In this document: positions 37,781 through 47,645 of the stretch, piece by piece
Position numbering within the stretch: position 1 is the first letter of the stretch
Layout: every line of letters begins with the position of its first letter
NCBI GenBank assembly: GCA_020724925.1
Contig: DYGC01000001.1
Coordinates: 5,228-69,227, forward strand
From: Candidatus Paceibacter sp.
GTDB taxonomy: Bacteria > Patescibacteriota > Patescibacteriia > DYGC01
Direction: 5' to 3'
DNA: 64,000 nt
Notes under the pieces: generated by a model
Seen by the model: the letters and a program-made list of their open reading frames with translations, nothing else
Database searches by the model: none
What the model was told of the DNA's origin: nothing
Program-made: the position numbers and the translations under genes

Positions 37781-40120
37781 ATGAACGAAGATATTTTTTT
37801 TAGACAAATAAAACAGGGGATTGATTCGCAAAAACAAAAAAAATCACCCAAGCCGGCAACGGTTGATGAGCTGGAGCCAGCATCTGGCGAAGAGCCCAAT
37901 ATGGAGCTTAAGGATTATTGGCGTACTTTGCGTTATAATATTCAGCAACATTTGGATGGTGATCAGGTTCATGGTCAATTTGTTGAGCGTGTGAAAACCT
38001 TTAATGAGATGTTGTCGCCACAGTTAGTTGCCGAATATCAAGCCATTGTGGCTGTTTTTAAACAAAGGGCCGGAGTGAGTGATGATCATCCGCAACGCGA
38101 GTTAATTGATTTGGAAGATCAAAAATTATCTGAACAAATTGATTTATGGATTGATCATTTGTGCACTGAATTAGCCCAAAAGACTAAGGATATCGGGCCG
38201 GCTGATTTTGATGAATTAAGGGCGGAGTGTTGGATGTTTTTTGAATCAATGGTGGGTGTGATGAATACGCGGTCTTTTGTGGGTGATGTTGAACATTATT
38301 ATAAAAACAAAAGAAGGGAAAAGGCCGGTCAGGAGAAAGATAAGCAGGAGAAAGATAAGCAAGAATTACGCCATGAATTAATGGAAAAATACGGGTTTGA
38401 TAAACGTGAAACTGATTTTTTGATTGATTGGGTTAGGGTTAGTAGTGGTGGTGCTAAACAATATTCTCTAAAAATTTTAATGGATACTTTAGACCGTGTT
38501 TGGAAAGATTATCAGGTTACTGAACAAAAAGGTAAAATCGCTAAAGTTTCTTTGGGATATCTGATGGCAAAGGGAATTGAAGGATTTGCCCCATCTTTGT
38601 TTGCTAATGCCATGGTTGGAAACCAGTTTAAAGCAGAGGTTTTTTTAGAGTATCTTGGGTTGACCCAAGCAACTCGTTTGATTGATAGACAAACATCAAT
38701 TGAATTTGAAAAAGTATTAACGGAAATTAAGCATAAGGTTAATGAAAGAATTGTTTCTTCTTTGTTTTTTAGGGAATTTGAATTTATCCATGAAAAGTCA
38801 ATGGGGGAGATTTACGGTGCTTTAGATAGTGGGAAGCGTTCTACTATTGATTTATTGGGGAATATGGTTGAACAATTGGTCCCCTCAGTTTTTGGGGTAA
38901 GTGTGTCTTTGCTTTTCTTGACAATGATTCACCCTGTCTTAGGAGCAATTAGTTTGGGTAGTCTACCAATTACACTTTATGTATCACGCAAGACAAACAA
39001 AAAAATAGTGGAACTCCATAATACAGAAAGGTCAATGGGGGAGGATATTAATACCGAGGTGGAAGCTATAAAAGAAGGAATTGAGGAAGTTAAAACATCA
39101 GCGCAATCACCATTGGTGGCCAATTCTTTCAGGGATAAGCTTGATGAGTTAGATGATATTTCTTTATTGAAAAATACTCGAGGGATTGATGCTAATTGGT
39201 GGCGAAGGCTTCCTTTTGATGTGGGGTTGGCGATTTCGGCGGTGGTTGGCGGAGTAATGCAATCAAAAGGAATGATTTCCGGTGGGGCAATTGTTTCTAA
39301 TGTTTTTTATAGTGAACGATTAAATTCACCCATTACGGGGTTGATTGATTTATATTTTAATCGGTTTTCAAAAGATGTACAAAATATTAAACGCATGGAA
39401 GAGATTCTGGGGAGATATGAAACCTTAGATTTGCCAGATGGGGAAAAGGAAAAAAGTCGTGTTCCGGTTAGTAGTTTACCGAATCTTGATATTTCTATTA
39501 AAAATTTAAGTTATAAAAATATTTTGAGGGGAGTGAATTTGGAAATAAAACAGGGGGATTTTTTGGGTTTGGTTGGTATTTCCGGAGGGGGCAAGTCAAC
39601 TTTGTTGCGTAACATTGTTGGGCTGTATAAACCGGATGATGGTGTTGTTGAAGTGGGTGGGGTTAGAAATGATGGAATTAAAAAATATGGTCCTGAGTCG
39701 ATTTATTCAATTATGTCCTATTGTAATCAGAGTCCTCAAATTTTTGAGACCAAGAGCTTGCGAGAAAATTTGGTTTTATGGAGCGAAGCAGAGGTTCCTG
39801 AAGAAAAAATAATGCAGGTGTTAGATGGTCTTGGTTTGTCAAAATTAATTTCTCGTTTGAATGATCGCGCGATTAATTTGTCAGGTGGAGAAAGGGTGAG
39901 AATTGGTTTGGCAAGAACGTTGTTAAAGGGGGCGAAAATTTTGTTGTTGGATGAGCCCACGGCTAGCTTGGATTCTGAAAATACCGCCGAAGTGGTTAAG
40001 GTTATAAAAAAATTAAGGGAAAATTATCCGGAAGTGACAATCGTTTGTATTACTCATGACGAGGCCTTAAAAAAAGAAATTCCCCACTTGGTTGATATTC
40101 AGGATTTGCAATCTAAATAA
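37781..40120 (+). CDS. ABC transporter ATP-binding protein with a long atypical N-terminal domain (about 550 aa, few TM helices)
   Basis: C-terminal NBD has Walker A GISGGGKSTLL, signature LSGGERVRIGLAR and Walker B ILLLDEPT. The N-terminal 350 aa are soluble, then 3-4 TM helices instead of a canonical 6-TM exporter domain. Confidence 0.6.
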   Translation: MNEDIFFRQIKQGIDSQKQKKSPKPATVDELEPASGEEPNMELKDYWRTLRYNIQQHLDGDQVHGQFVERVKTFNEMLSPQLVAEYQAIVAVFKQRAGVSDDHPQRELIDLEDQKLSEQIDLWIDHLCTELAQKTKDIGPADFDELRAECWMFFESMVGVMNTRSFVGDVEHYYKNKRREKAGQEKDKQEKDKQELRHELMEKYGFDKRETDFLIDWVRVSSGGAKQYSLKILMDTLDRVWKDYQVTEQKGKIAKVSLGYLMAKGIEGFAPSLFANAMVGNQFKAEVFLEYLGLTQATRLIDRQTSIEFEKVLTEIKHKVNERIVSSLFFREFEFIHEKSMGEIYGALDSGKRSTIDLLGNMVEQLVPSVFGVSVSLLFLTMIHPVLGAISLGSLPITLYVSRKTNKKIVELHNTERSMGEDINTEVEAIKEGIEEVKTSAQSPLVANSFRDKLDELDDISLLKNTRGIDANWWRRLPFDVGLAISAVVGGVMQSKGMISGGAIVSNVFYSERLNSPITGLIDLYFNRFSKDVQNIKRMEEILGRYETLDLPDGEKEKSRVPVSSLPNLDISIKNLSYKNILRGVNLEIKQGDFLGLVGISGGGKSTLLRNIVGLYKPDDGVVEVGGVRNDGIKKYGPESIYSIMSYCNQSPQIFETKSLRENLVLWSEAEVPEEKIMQVLDGLGLSKLISRLNDRAINLSGGERVRIGLARTLLKGAKILLLDEPTASLDSENTAEVVKVIKKLRENYPEVTIVCITHDEALKKEIPHLVDIQDLQSK

Positions 40121-40147
40121 AAAAACCGCCTCTTGGTTTGGCGGTTG
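40121..40147 (-). terminator. Rho-independent terminator for the minus-strand small gene
   Basis: ACCGCC-N9-GGCGGT hairpin (40125-40145) followed on the minus strand by a 7-T run. Confidence 0.5.
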
Positions 40148-40148
40148 A

Positions 40149-40388
40149 CTAACTGAATAGCTTGATTATTCCTTCGGCCAACAGGAGCAGGCCAGTGTTG
40201 ATCAGGAATACCTTGAACATGTTCACCCGAAGGGCTTTTAGTTTGATGAGACGATGATCATGGGCATCATCGGCTTTTAGCGTTTTTGCCGAACACAGCA
40301 AAAACGTTATCAACAACATAATCATGGCGGCCATTAAAACGGTGCCGCTGAGAATTACCAGTAACCAAGTGGCGCCGATTTCCAACAT
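40149..40388 (-). CDS. Small two-TM membrane protein (79 aa), hypothetical
   Basis: Two hydrophobic helices. Strong terminator immediately downstream. No motif. Confidence 0.3.
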   Translation of the reverse strand: MLEIGATWLLVILSGTVLMAAMIMLLITFLLCSAKTLKADDAHDHRLIKLKALRVNMFKVFLINTGLLLLAEGIIKLFS

Positions 40389-40445
40389 TTTGTTTACCTC
40401 CTCGATGGTGTAAATTTATGCTTATATTGGGAAAAAGTCAAAGAT

Positions 40446-41411
40446 TTAAACCATTAAGACAAACAATTCTAATAAAAATCGATTTAAATCGGCTTGTGAG
40501 GAGGTTTTGAATTTTTCATCCCAGTGACTGATTTGTCGGTAAATGTTTTTCAGTTTATCAAGGGAGAAGTTTTTGCTTTGTTCACTAATTCGTGTGATTA
40601 AAAAAGGGTGCAGTTTTATTTTTTGAGAGATGTCGGCTTTGCTCTTGTTGTCCAGTAATAGTTGTTTTATTTGAATCAATAGACGAAAATGGCGAATTAG
40701 TAAGTTCCAGATGGCCGGCAATTCTTTCCCTTTGTTGATTTCATATTCTAAAAGCTGGTAGCCATCTTTAAAATTTTTTTCAATTACCTTATCAATTAAT
40801 TGAAAAATACAATCTTGATAATAACTATTTGTTAAAAAATTAACATCTTCCAAGTTGATGCGCTCGTTGTTTTTGTAAGCAATTAGTTTTTCTAACTCGT
40901 TACTTAATTGCCACAAATTTGGCCCGATGCCAGCGGCCAAAGCTTTAATCGCCTCTTCGGCAATGAGGGCGTTTTTGTCTTTGACAAAGTTTTTAATCCA
41001 TTTGTTTAATTCAAATCCTTCAATTTCTGGAAAAGTAAAAATTTCTTTATTGGCTTGAAGGTTTGCTAATAATTTTTTATGGAGAGTTTTTTTGCGGTTG
41101 AGATCTTTGGCTGTTTCGTAAAAAATAATGATATTATCCAAGCCCTTTAGTTTTTCTAAAAAATCCTCCAGGTTTTTTTCAAAATTTTTCTGTTCCAAAA
41201 TATTTTCAATGATAATCAATCTTTTTGGTGCTAAAAATGGGGCACTGAAAAACAAGCCGTGGACTTCCCCCCAGTTTTTTGAGTTTTCATTGAGGTCAAG
41301 GTGATCAATATTTATCGATGATGGGTCAAATCGTTCTTTAAAAGAAGCCTTCAGCCGATTGAGGTATTGGCGTGATCGATAAGTATCATTTCCGTATATT
41401 AAAATTAGCAT
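40446..41411 (-). CDS. holA: DNA polymerase III delta subunit-like protein
   Basis: 321 aa. N-terminus MLILIYGNDTYRSRQYLNRL resembles the HolA start (hILLYGxDxfL). AAA+-lid-like helical C-terminus. Adjacent to polA. Confidence 0.5.
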   Translation of the reverse strand: MLILIYGNDTYRSRQYLNRLKASFKERFDPSSINIDHLDLNENSKNWGEVHGLFFSAPFLAPKRLIIIENILEQKNFEKNLEDFLEKLKGLDNIIIFYETAKDLNRKKTLHKKLLANLQANKEIFTFPEIEGFELNKWIKNFVKDKNALIAEEAIKALAAGIGPNLWQLSNELEKLIAYKNNERINLEDVNFLTNSYYQDCIFQLIDKVIEKNFKDGYQLLEYEINKGKELPAIWNLLIRHFRLLIQIKQLLLDNKSKADISQKIKLHPFLITRISEQSKNFSLDKLKNIYRQISHWDEKFKTSSQADLNRFLLELFVLMV

Positions 41412-41475
41412 TTTAGAAAAATCCTGTTTATGTTTTATGATTCAAGTTTAGCAATTTTTAAGGTTTTCGCAACCA

Positions 41476-44220
41476 TTAATGCATCTCACCCCAACGTTCA
41501 TTGATTTCTACATGCACAATTAGCGGCACCGCCAATTTATAAACATTTTCCATGATTTCTTGGATTTTTTTGCCATATTCTTCCGCATTTTCTTGGGGGG
41601 CACTAAACACCAATTCGTCGTGTACTTGCAGGAGCAGGCGTAAATCCGGATTATCATTAAGTAATTCTTCTTTGATTTTAATCATGGCGATTTTCATCAA
41701 ATCGGCGGCCGTCCCCTGAATTGGTGTGTTGATGGCGGTTCGTTCGGCCGCCTTACGCACCACTTGGACGGAGGCGTTGATGTCAGGAATGTAGCGGCGA
41801 CGTCCAAATAAAGTTTCTACGTAGCCGTTTTCCTGGGCAAAGCGAATCAAGCGATCAAAGTAAGCGGGAATGGCGGTGTAAAGTTTGAAATATTTATCAA
41901 TAAAATCTTGGGCTTCGCCACGGGAAATATTTATTTGATTGGCTAAACCAAAAGCGCTCAAACCGTAAATCACTCCGAAGTTGATGGCTTTGGCTTTGTT
42001 ACGAAGTTCTTTGCTGACTTTTTCCAACGGTAAGTTGTGGATTTTCGCGGCGGTGCTGGCGTGAATGTCTTCGCCGTGTTTGAAGGCCTTAATCATTTCT
42101 TCGTCCTCAGCCAGCGACGCGATGATCCTTAGTTCAATTTGTGAATAGTCAGCACTGATTAGAGTTTCACCTTTTTCAGCCATGAAACCTTTACGAATGG
42201 CGCGCCCGCTTTCTTCTTTGATGGGAATATTTTGCAGGTTCGGGTTGCTGGATGACAATCGTCCGGTGCGCGTAATTGTTTGGTTAAAAGAAGTGTGAAT
42301 TTTACCATCGGTTTTGACCAGTTGCGGTAAAGATTTGATATAGGTTGATAACAATTTATCCAAATGACGGTGTTGTAAAATTAAATCAATGATTTCATGT
42401 TCGCCTTTCAGTTTTTCCAGTTCGCCGGCGGCGGTGGATTGTCCGGTTTTGGTTTTCTTGATGTTTTCGGTGGAGATTTCCAATTTATCAAAAATAATTT
42501 TTTTGATTTGTTGCGGTGAATTGATGTTAAATTCTTCTCCGGCCAATTCAAAAATTTGTTTATCCACGATGGCCAATTCTTTGCTGAATTTTTCCTCCAA
42601 ATCGGCGAAGTAGGGGAGGTCAATTTTAATACCTTCTTGTTCCATTTGTGCCAAAATCGGTACCAAAGGCATTTCGATTTTATCAAATAATGGTAAAAGT
42701 TGACGCTCCGCCAACATTCCTTCAAAAACTCCCCATAGCTGCCAAGCGTTGTCGGCATCGGCGCAGGCATAGTCACGCAATTTTTCCGGTGCTAAATTTT
42801 TCATCAAGGTTGGTAAATCACTTTTGCCATCCCAGCCGCTCATTTCCATAAAACTGACAGTTTTTGTTTTCAATTCGGAAAAGGCCAAATGATCCAAGTC
42901 GTGGTGGCGTTGGTCTGGATTTAATAAATAGGAAGCGATCATTGTATCGACGAGCGTTCCTTTGATTTCAATACCGTATTTTTTCATGATTTTCCAATCA
43001 AATTTCCAGTTATGCGCGATTTTGACAGTTTTGGGATTTTCTAAAATTGGTTTTATTATTTCTATAAAATCGTTTTGTTTTTCATGGTTGAGGTAAATGA
43101 ACACCCCCTGATTTTTTTGCCAGGAAAAACTGCAACCAATGATTTCCGCTTCGACGTCATCTAATCCGGTGGTTTCGGTGTCAAAAGCGAAAGCAGATTT
43201 TTCTTTTAATTCACCCAAGAATTTTTTTAATTCATCTGGTGATTGAATCATTTGATAGTCTTTTTCTTCGGCCGTGAGTTTTTCCTGTGTAACCGTTTGT
43301 TGACCACGCAAAAATGGTGGCACCTTATCGGGCATGGTGTAAAATTCATATTCTTGGCAAATTTCATTGACCACTGCCATGTCAAACGGTTTTAAAATGG
43401 CATCGTGCAATTTGAAATCAATCGGCACGTCAACAATCAAGCGCGCCAGTTTTTGGCATTTAAAAGCCAGCTCTTTGTTATCAACCAATAATTTGATAAT
43501 GCGATCGGTAAATTTCAGTTCTTTCTTTTCTTTCAGTTTTTCCGGTTCTGATTCTAAGATTTGGTATAAGTTTTCCAAACTGTGAAATTCTTTAATTAAA
43601 TTGATGGCGGTCTTGTCGCCCACGCCCGGCACCCCCGGAATGTTGTCAGGGGCGTCTCCCTTGAGCGCTTTGTAATCCACGATTTGTTCCGGTGTTAAAC
43701 CATCATATTTGGCTTGCACCGCTTGGCGATCAAAAAGCGTAAAATTACCAACCCCGATTTTCGGCATGTAAACAAAAGAGTTTTCATCCACCAATTGCAG
43801 TAAATCATTATCGCTGCTCACCACGTAGACATCGACATCCTTATATTTTTTGTTGGTATCCTTATTAATGGTGCCGATAACATCATCGGCTTCAAAACCT
43901 TCTTTGACATAAATTGGAATGCCTAGTTTTTCCAAGGCTTCCAGTAAAAGTGGGATTTGTTCGTAAAAGCCGGCTTCTTGACGGACGCGTTGTGCTTTGT
44001 ATTCGGCAAAGTCGGCGGTGCGGGTTTCTGATTTGCTGACATCAAATGACGTGGCCAAATATTCCGGTTGCAAGTCTTTTAAAATTTTGAAAAGGATGGA
44101 AAAATAGCCGAAGATGGCATTCACGACCAGGCCTTTTTTCGTGGTGAGTGGTGGCAAAGCGTGCCACGCGCGGTGCAGTAAAGAATGTCCGTCAATAATC
44201 ACCAGTTTCTTTTTTTTCAT
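41476..44220 (-). CDS. polA: DNA polymerase I
   Basis: 5'-3' exonuclease domain, 3'-5' exo-like domain, polymerase motifs A/B/C (DYSQIELR, RNKAKAINFGVIYG, VHDELV). 914 aa. Confidence 0.95.
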   Translation of the reverse strand: MKKKKLVIIDGHSLLHRAWHALPPLTTKKGLVVNAIFGYFSILFKILKDLQPEYLATSFDVSKSETRTADFAEYKAQRVRQEAGFYEQIPLLLEALEKLGIPIYVKEGFEADDVIGTINKDTNKKYKDVDVYVVSSDNDLLQLVDENSFVYMPKIGVGNFTLFDRQAVQAKYDGLTPEQIVDYKALKGDAPDNIPGVPGVGDKTAINLIKEFHSLENLYQILESEPEKLKEKKELKFTDRIIKLLVDNKELAFKCQKLARLIVDVPIDFKLHDAILKPFDMAVVNEICQEYEFYTMPDKVPPFLRGQQTVTQEKLTAEEKDYQMIQSPDELKKFLGELKEKSAFAFDTETTGLDDVEAEIIGCSFSWQKNQGVFIYLNHEKQNDFIEIIKPILENPKTVKIAHNWKFDWKIMKKYGIEIKGTLVDTMIASYLLNPDQRHHDLDHLAFSELKTKTVSFMEMSGWDGKSDLPTLMKNLAPEKLRDYACADADNAWQLWGVFEGMLAERQLLPLFDKIEMPLVPILAQMEQEGIKIDLPYFADLEEKFSKELAIVDKQIFELAGEEFNINSPQQIKKIIFDKLEISTENIKKTKTGQSTAAGELEKLKGEHEIIDLILQHRHLDKLLSTYIKSLPQLVKTDGKIHTSFNQTITRTGRLSSSNPNLQNIPIKEESGRAIRKGFMAEKGETLISADYSQIELRIIASLAEDEEMIKAFKHGEDIHASTAAKIHNLPLEKVSKELRNKAKAINFGVIYGLSAFGLANQINISRGEAQDFIDKYFKLYTAIPAYFDRLIRFAQENGYVETLFGRRRYIPDINASVQVVRKAAERTAINTPIQGTAADLMKIAMIKIKEELLNDNPDLRLLLQVHDELVFSAPQENAEEYGKKIQEIMENVYKLAVPLIVHVEINERWGEMH

Positions 44221-44235
44221 ATTTATTTGCTTTAT

Positions 44236-44967
44236 TTATAAATGATATTTTAGCAAAGCGGAGATGGCGATGGCGGCGGTTTCGGTTTTCAAAATGCGTT
44301 CGCCCAGTTTGATGAATTTCGGGTTTTCTAATTTATTTAAAATTTTTAAATCATCCGGTGAAAAACCTCCTTCCGGCCCGACAAACACGTTTATCGTTTC
44401 ATTGGTGTCGAGAGTGTTTAGTAATTGTTTTAAATCGTTTGTCTCAAGATTTTCCTGAGTGTGAAAAATTAAATTCAAGCCGGATAATTTTAAATTAAAA
44501 TTTCTTAAGTCAATCGCTTCGTTTATTTTCGGTAAATAAAAGCCATGACTTTGTTCCACCGCTTCGGCACTGATTTTTAAAAGTCGCTCTGTTTTGGTTT
44601 GGTTCTTGACGGTTCTTTGTGTTATAATGGGAGAGATTTCATCAATTCCCAGTTCACTGCATTTTTCCACAATGAATTCCAATTTATCTTTTTTGGGAAT
44701 ACCGATAAATAAATTGATGTGAAATGATGAATCACTTTCATTTTCAGTTTTTTGTAAACGCAAATAAATTTCCTTTTTATCAAGATTTATTTGATTGATT
44801 TCATAAACGAATTTTTCTCGGCTATTGTTTAAAAGGGTAATTTGTTCACCGGCTTTCAATTTTAAAACTTTACTGATTTGGTGGTATTGTTCAGGATATT
44901 TGCTTTTGCTGAGAATTAAGGTTTTTGCCAAGGGTTTTTGGTCAAAAGAGAGAAAAAAGTGGTGCAT
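44236..44967 (-). CDS. rsmE: 16S rRNA (uracil1498-N3)-methyltransferase RsmE-like
   Basis: 243 aa. PUA-like N-terminus and SPOUT-fold C-terminus with GPEGGFSPDDL motif. Confidence 0.65.
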   Translation of the reverse strand: MHHFFLSFDQKPLAKTLILSKSKYPEQYHQISKVLKLKAGEQITLLNNSREKFVYEINQINLDKKEIYLRLQKTENESDSSFHINLFIGIPKKDKLEFIVEKCSELGIDEISPIITQRTVKNQTKTERLLKISAEAVEQSHGFYLPKINEAIDLRNFNLKLSGLNLIFHTQENLETNDLKQLLNTLDTNETINVFVGPEGGFSPDDLKILNKLENPKFIKLGERILKTETAAIAISALLKYHL

Positions 44968-45002
44968 ATAAAATAAAAATAAAGTTTTTCTAATTATAAC
45001 AC

Positions 45003-45809
45003 ATGAATCAAAGTCAACAAGAATTTTTAAAGATGGTGGAGCGGGGGGATAAAATCGCGATGTTGTTCGCCCCGTCTTTTATTGTGGATTTTGATTATCC
45101 GGCGATTGTTGGGATGTCCAAGTCTTTGGGGGCTGGTTTGGTCAGTGAAATTACTTACGGTTGCCACTTGGTCAATACTCATTATAATCATTACATTAAA
45201 AACCATAAAAATCAAAAGTATTTTATCAATACCACTTGTCCAACAATCGTTAATCTGATTCGCACTCAGTTTCCGGATTTGGAAAAATATCTGTTGCCGG
45301 ATATTTCCTGTGCCTTATCTTTTATTGATTTTTATAATTTACTCCATCCTGATTATAAATTGGTTTTTATTTCACCGTGCGTGGCGAAGCGCAGTTTTGA
45401 AACACCGCGTTTGCCGGAGTGGTCTTTGACTTTAACTTTTTCCGAATTGCGTGAATTATTTATTGCTAAAAATATTAAGGCCGAAGATTATCAGAATACT
45501 AATGAACAATGGGATAAATTTTCTCGTATTGATACTAAGCTTTACCCGTTGGATGGTGGCTTGAGTGCGACGGCACGGTGGCAAGAGTTTTTTCCTGATC
45601 TAAAAATTTTCATTGGTTCAGGCCTGAAGAGTTTATTGCCGATTTTTATGCAAATGAAGCAGGGGACTTATGACAAAAATTTGCTGGATGTTTGTGCTTG
45701 CGAGGGGGCGTGCGTCGGTGGTCCCTGTGTTTTCAATAAAGATTTATCTATTCAGGAAAAACGACAAAAGGTGATTGATTATTACAAGCGTTTTCTTGAT
45801 AATTCTTAA
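45003..45809 (+). CDS. [FeFe]-hydrogenase large-subunit C-terminal (H-cluster) domain-like protein, minimal 268-aa form
   Basis: AMLFAPSF start of the Fe_hyd_lg_C fold. L1-like INTTCPTIV (cf. FTSCCPGWV, first Cys replaced by Thr). L2-like FISPCVAKRSFE (cf. MPCTAKKFE). L3-like CACEGACVGGPC (cf. MACxGGCxxGGGQP). No N-terminal ferredoxin-like domains. Confidence 0.45.
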   Translation: MNQSQQEFLKMVERGDKIAMLFAPSFIVDFDYPAIVGMSKSLGAGLVSEITYGCHLVNTHYNHYIKNHKNQKYFINTTCPTIVNLIRTQFPDLEKYLLPDISCALSFIDFYNLLHPDYKLVFISPCVAKRSFETPRLPEWSLTLTFSELRELFIAKNIKAEDYQNTNEQWDKFSRIDTKLYPLDGGLSATARWQEFFPDLKIFIGSGLKSLLPIFMQMKQGTYDKNLLDVCACEGACVGGPCVFNKDLSIQEKRQKVIDYYKRFLDNS

Positions 45810-45923
45810 TTTTGGCAAGCCTACTTTTTTCTGGTATAATGGACTTAACGTCCATTTTTATTTTGGCAAAGATTTAGTTTAGCAAGGGACCGAGTTTTTA
45901 TATTAAAAAATAAAAATATTCCT

Positions 45924-46778
45924 ATGCCGATTGACAGGGAAGAATTGGAAAAACATTTATTGGCAGATGAAGATTTGGATGAAGAGGCACGTTTAAAACA
46001 ATACGCTGCCGCTTTACCCGATGAACCAATGGTGGTTTCCAATTTGAAATATAAAAAACGACGATGGTTCACCAAGTGGTGGGGCGTTTTAATTATTATT
46101 CTTTTCTTTTTCTTGGTGATTTTTGCTTCCATGTTTTTTTATTATTACAAGGATTTTATTAAGAAAATTGAAGCAGGCACCATCCATTTGGATGTCGCTT
46201 ATATGAATTATGATTTTGCCACGCGCTATGATTTGTTGGCGATTTCCCGTGACGTGATGGCTGATGATCCGTGGTGGGGGCACGAAAATGCTAAGGTGGT
46301 AATTGTCGAGTTCGGTGATTATTCCTGCTCGTTTTGTAAAGATTTCAACAATAAAATCATGCCACAATTGATGGATAAATATTATAACGATATCCTGTTT
46401 ATTTATCGTGATTTCCCGGTAATGTCAGGGGCGGAGGGGGCGTCTGTGCAAATTGCTAACGTTGCCAATTGTATTTACAATCATTTAAATGATCCTCGTG
46501 ATTATTGGCGTGCCGTTCATAATTATTTATTTTTGATGACTGATAATTTGGGATCAGTGCATAAAGATTTAGATGGTTATTATGATGTCGTTAAGGCGGA
46601 AAAGTGTATTAATGATAAGATGTTTTACAATGAGGTTTTGCGTGATTTGAATCAGGGGGAAGAGCTGGGCTTGCGTGGAACGCCCTCGTTTTTTATTAAT
46701 GGGCATCCGGTGGCCGGTAGCATGGAAATTGAAGAATGGTTTTATGTGATTGATAAGTTTTTAGCTGCTAATCAATAA
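45924..46778 (+). CDS. DsbA-family thiol:disulfide oxidoreductase, membrane-anchored
   Basis: N-terminal TM helix. Thioredoxin-fold domain with active site DYSCSFCKDF (CxxC) and C-terminal GTPSFFINGHPVAG (cis-Pro loop region). Confidence 0.65.
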   Translation: MPIDREELEKHLLADEDLDEEARLKQYAAALPDEPMVVSNLKYKKRRWFTKWWGVLIIILFFFLVIFASMFFYYYKDFIKKIEAGTIHLDVAYMNYDFATRYDLLAISRDVMADDPWWGHENAKVVIVEFGDYSCSFCKDFNNKIMPQLMDKYYNDILFIYRDFPVMSGAEGASVQIANVANCIYNHLNDPRDYWRAVHNYLFLMTDNLGSVHKDLDGYYDVVKAEKCINDKMFYNEVLRDLNQGEELGLRGTPSFFINGHPVAGSMEIEEWFYVIDKFLAANQ

Positions 46779-46793
46779 ATATTTCATAATTTT

Positions 46794-47351
46794 ATGGTAG
46801 AAATTCGCATTCATGGGCGCGGGGGGCAAGGTTCGGTGACAATGGCGGAACTGTTGTCTTTGGCTGCTGAAAATTGTGATAAATATTCGCAGGCCTTTCC
46901 TCATTTTGGCGTGGAGCGTCGGGGAGCGCCGGTGATCGCTTTTATTAGAATTGATTCCAGTTTTATGCAGACCAGGGAGCAGATTTATCATCCTGATTAT
47001 GTGATTATTCAGGATGCAACTTTGGTGAAAGAAGCTGAGGTGCAAAATGGTATTAGTGATAAGACGACGGTGATTATCAATAGTACTTTAGATAATCAAT
47101 ATTGGAAAAAGTTTTTCAAGGACGGAGTGCGTGTCTATACGGTGCCGGCCACTGATTTGGCTGTCAGTATTATTGGTAAGCCGATTGTTAATACGGTGTT
47201 GATGGGGGCTTTTGCCAAGCTTTGTCCGGACTTGGATTTATCGGGGGCACGAAAGGCGGTGAAAGCATATTTGGGAGAAACCTTTTCCGTTGATTTACTG
47301 AATAAGAATTTAGAAGCAGTGTCTGCCGGTTATAATTATTTAAAAATTTAG
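46794..47351 (+). CDS. porG: 2-oxoacid(pyruvate):ferredoxin oxidoreductase gamma subunit
   Basis: VEIRIHGRGGQGSVTMAELL is a canonical PorG N-terminus. 185 aa. Confidence 0.8.
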   Translation: MVEIRIHGRGGQGSVTMAELLSLAAENCDKYSQAFPHFGVERRGAPVIAFIRIDSSFMQTREQIYHPDYVIIQDATLVKEAEVQNGISDKTTVIINSTLDNQYWKKFFKDGVRVYTVPATDLAVSIIGKPIVNTVLMGAFAKLCPDLDLSGARKAVKAYLGETFSVDLLNKNLEAVSAGYNYLKI

Positions 47352-47355
47352 TGAT

Positions 47356-47628
47356 ATGAAAAATAAAATCAGCGTAGCTGCCGGAACCAGTAAAAATAAT
47401 AAAACCGGGGCGTGGCGTAGCTATCGGCCGGAAATTGATTTTGAAAAATGTACTGGTTGTGGAATTTGTGAATCAGTTTGTCCTGAACCGTGTATTAGTA
47501 ATAGTCATAAAATAAATAAAATGGGTAAAGAGGTGAGACAAATTGATTATGATTATTGCAAGGGGTGCGGTTTGTGTGCGGCCGAGTGTCCGTTTAAGGC
47601 GATTAGTATGAAGATTGAAAAAAAATAA
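47356..47628 (+). CDS. porD: 2-oxoacid:ferredoxin oxidoreductase delta subunit (2x[4Fe-4S] ferredoxin)
   Basis: Two cluster motifs CTGCGICESVCP and CKGCGLCAAECP. 90 aa. Confidence 0.8.
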   Translation: MKNKISVAAGTSKNNKTGAWRSYRPEIDFEKCTGCGICESVCPEPCISNSHKINKMGKEVRQIDYDYCKGCGLCAAECPFKAISMKIEKK

Positions 47629-47645
47629 ATTAAATACAAATTTAT

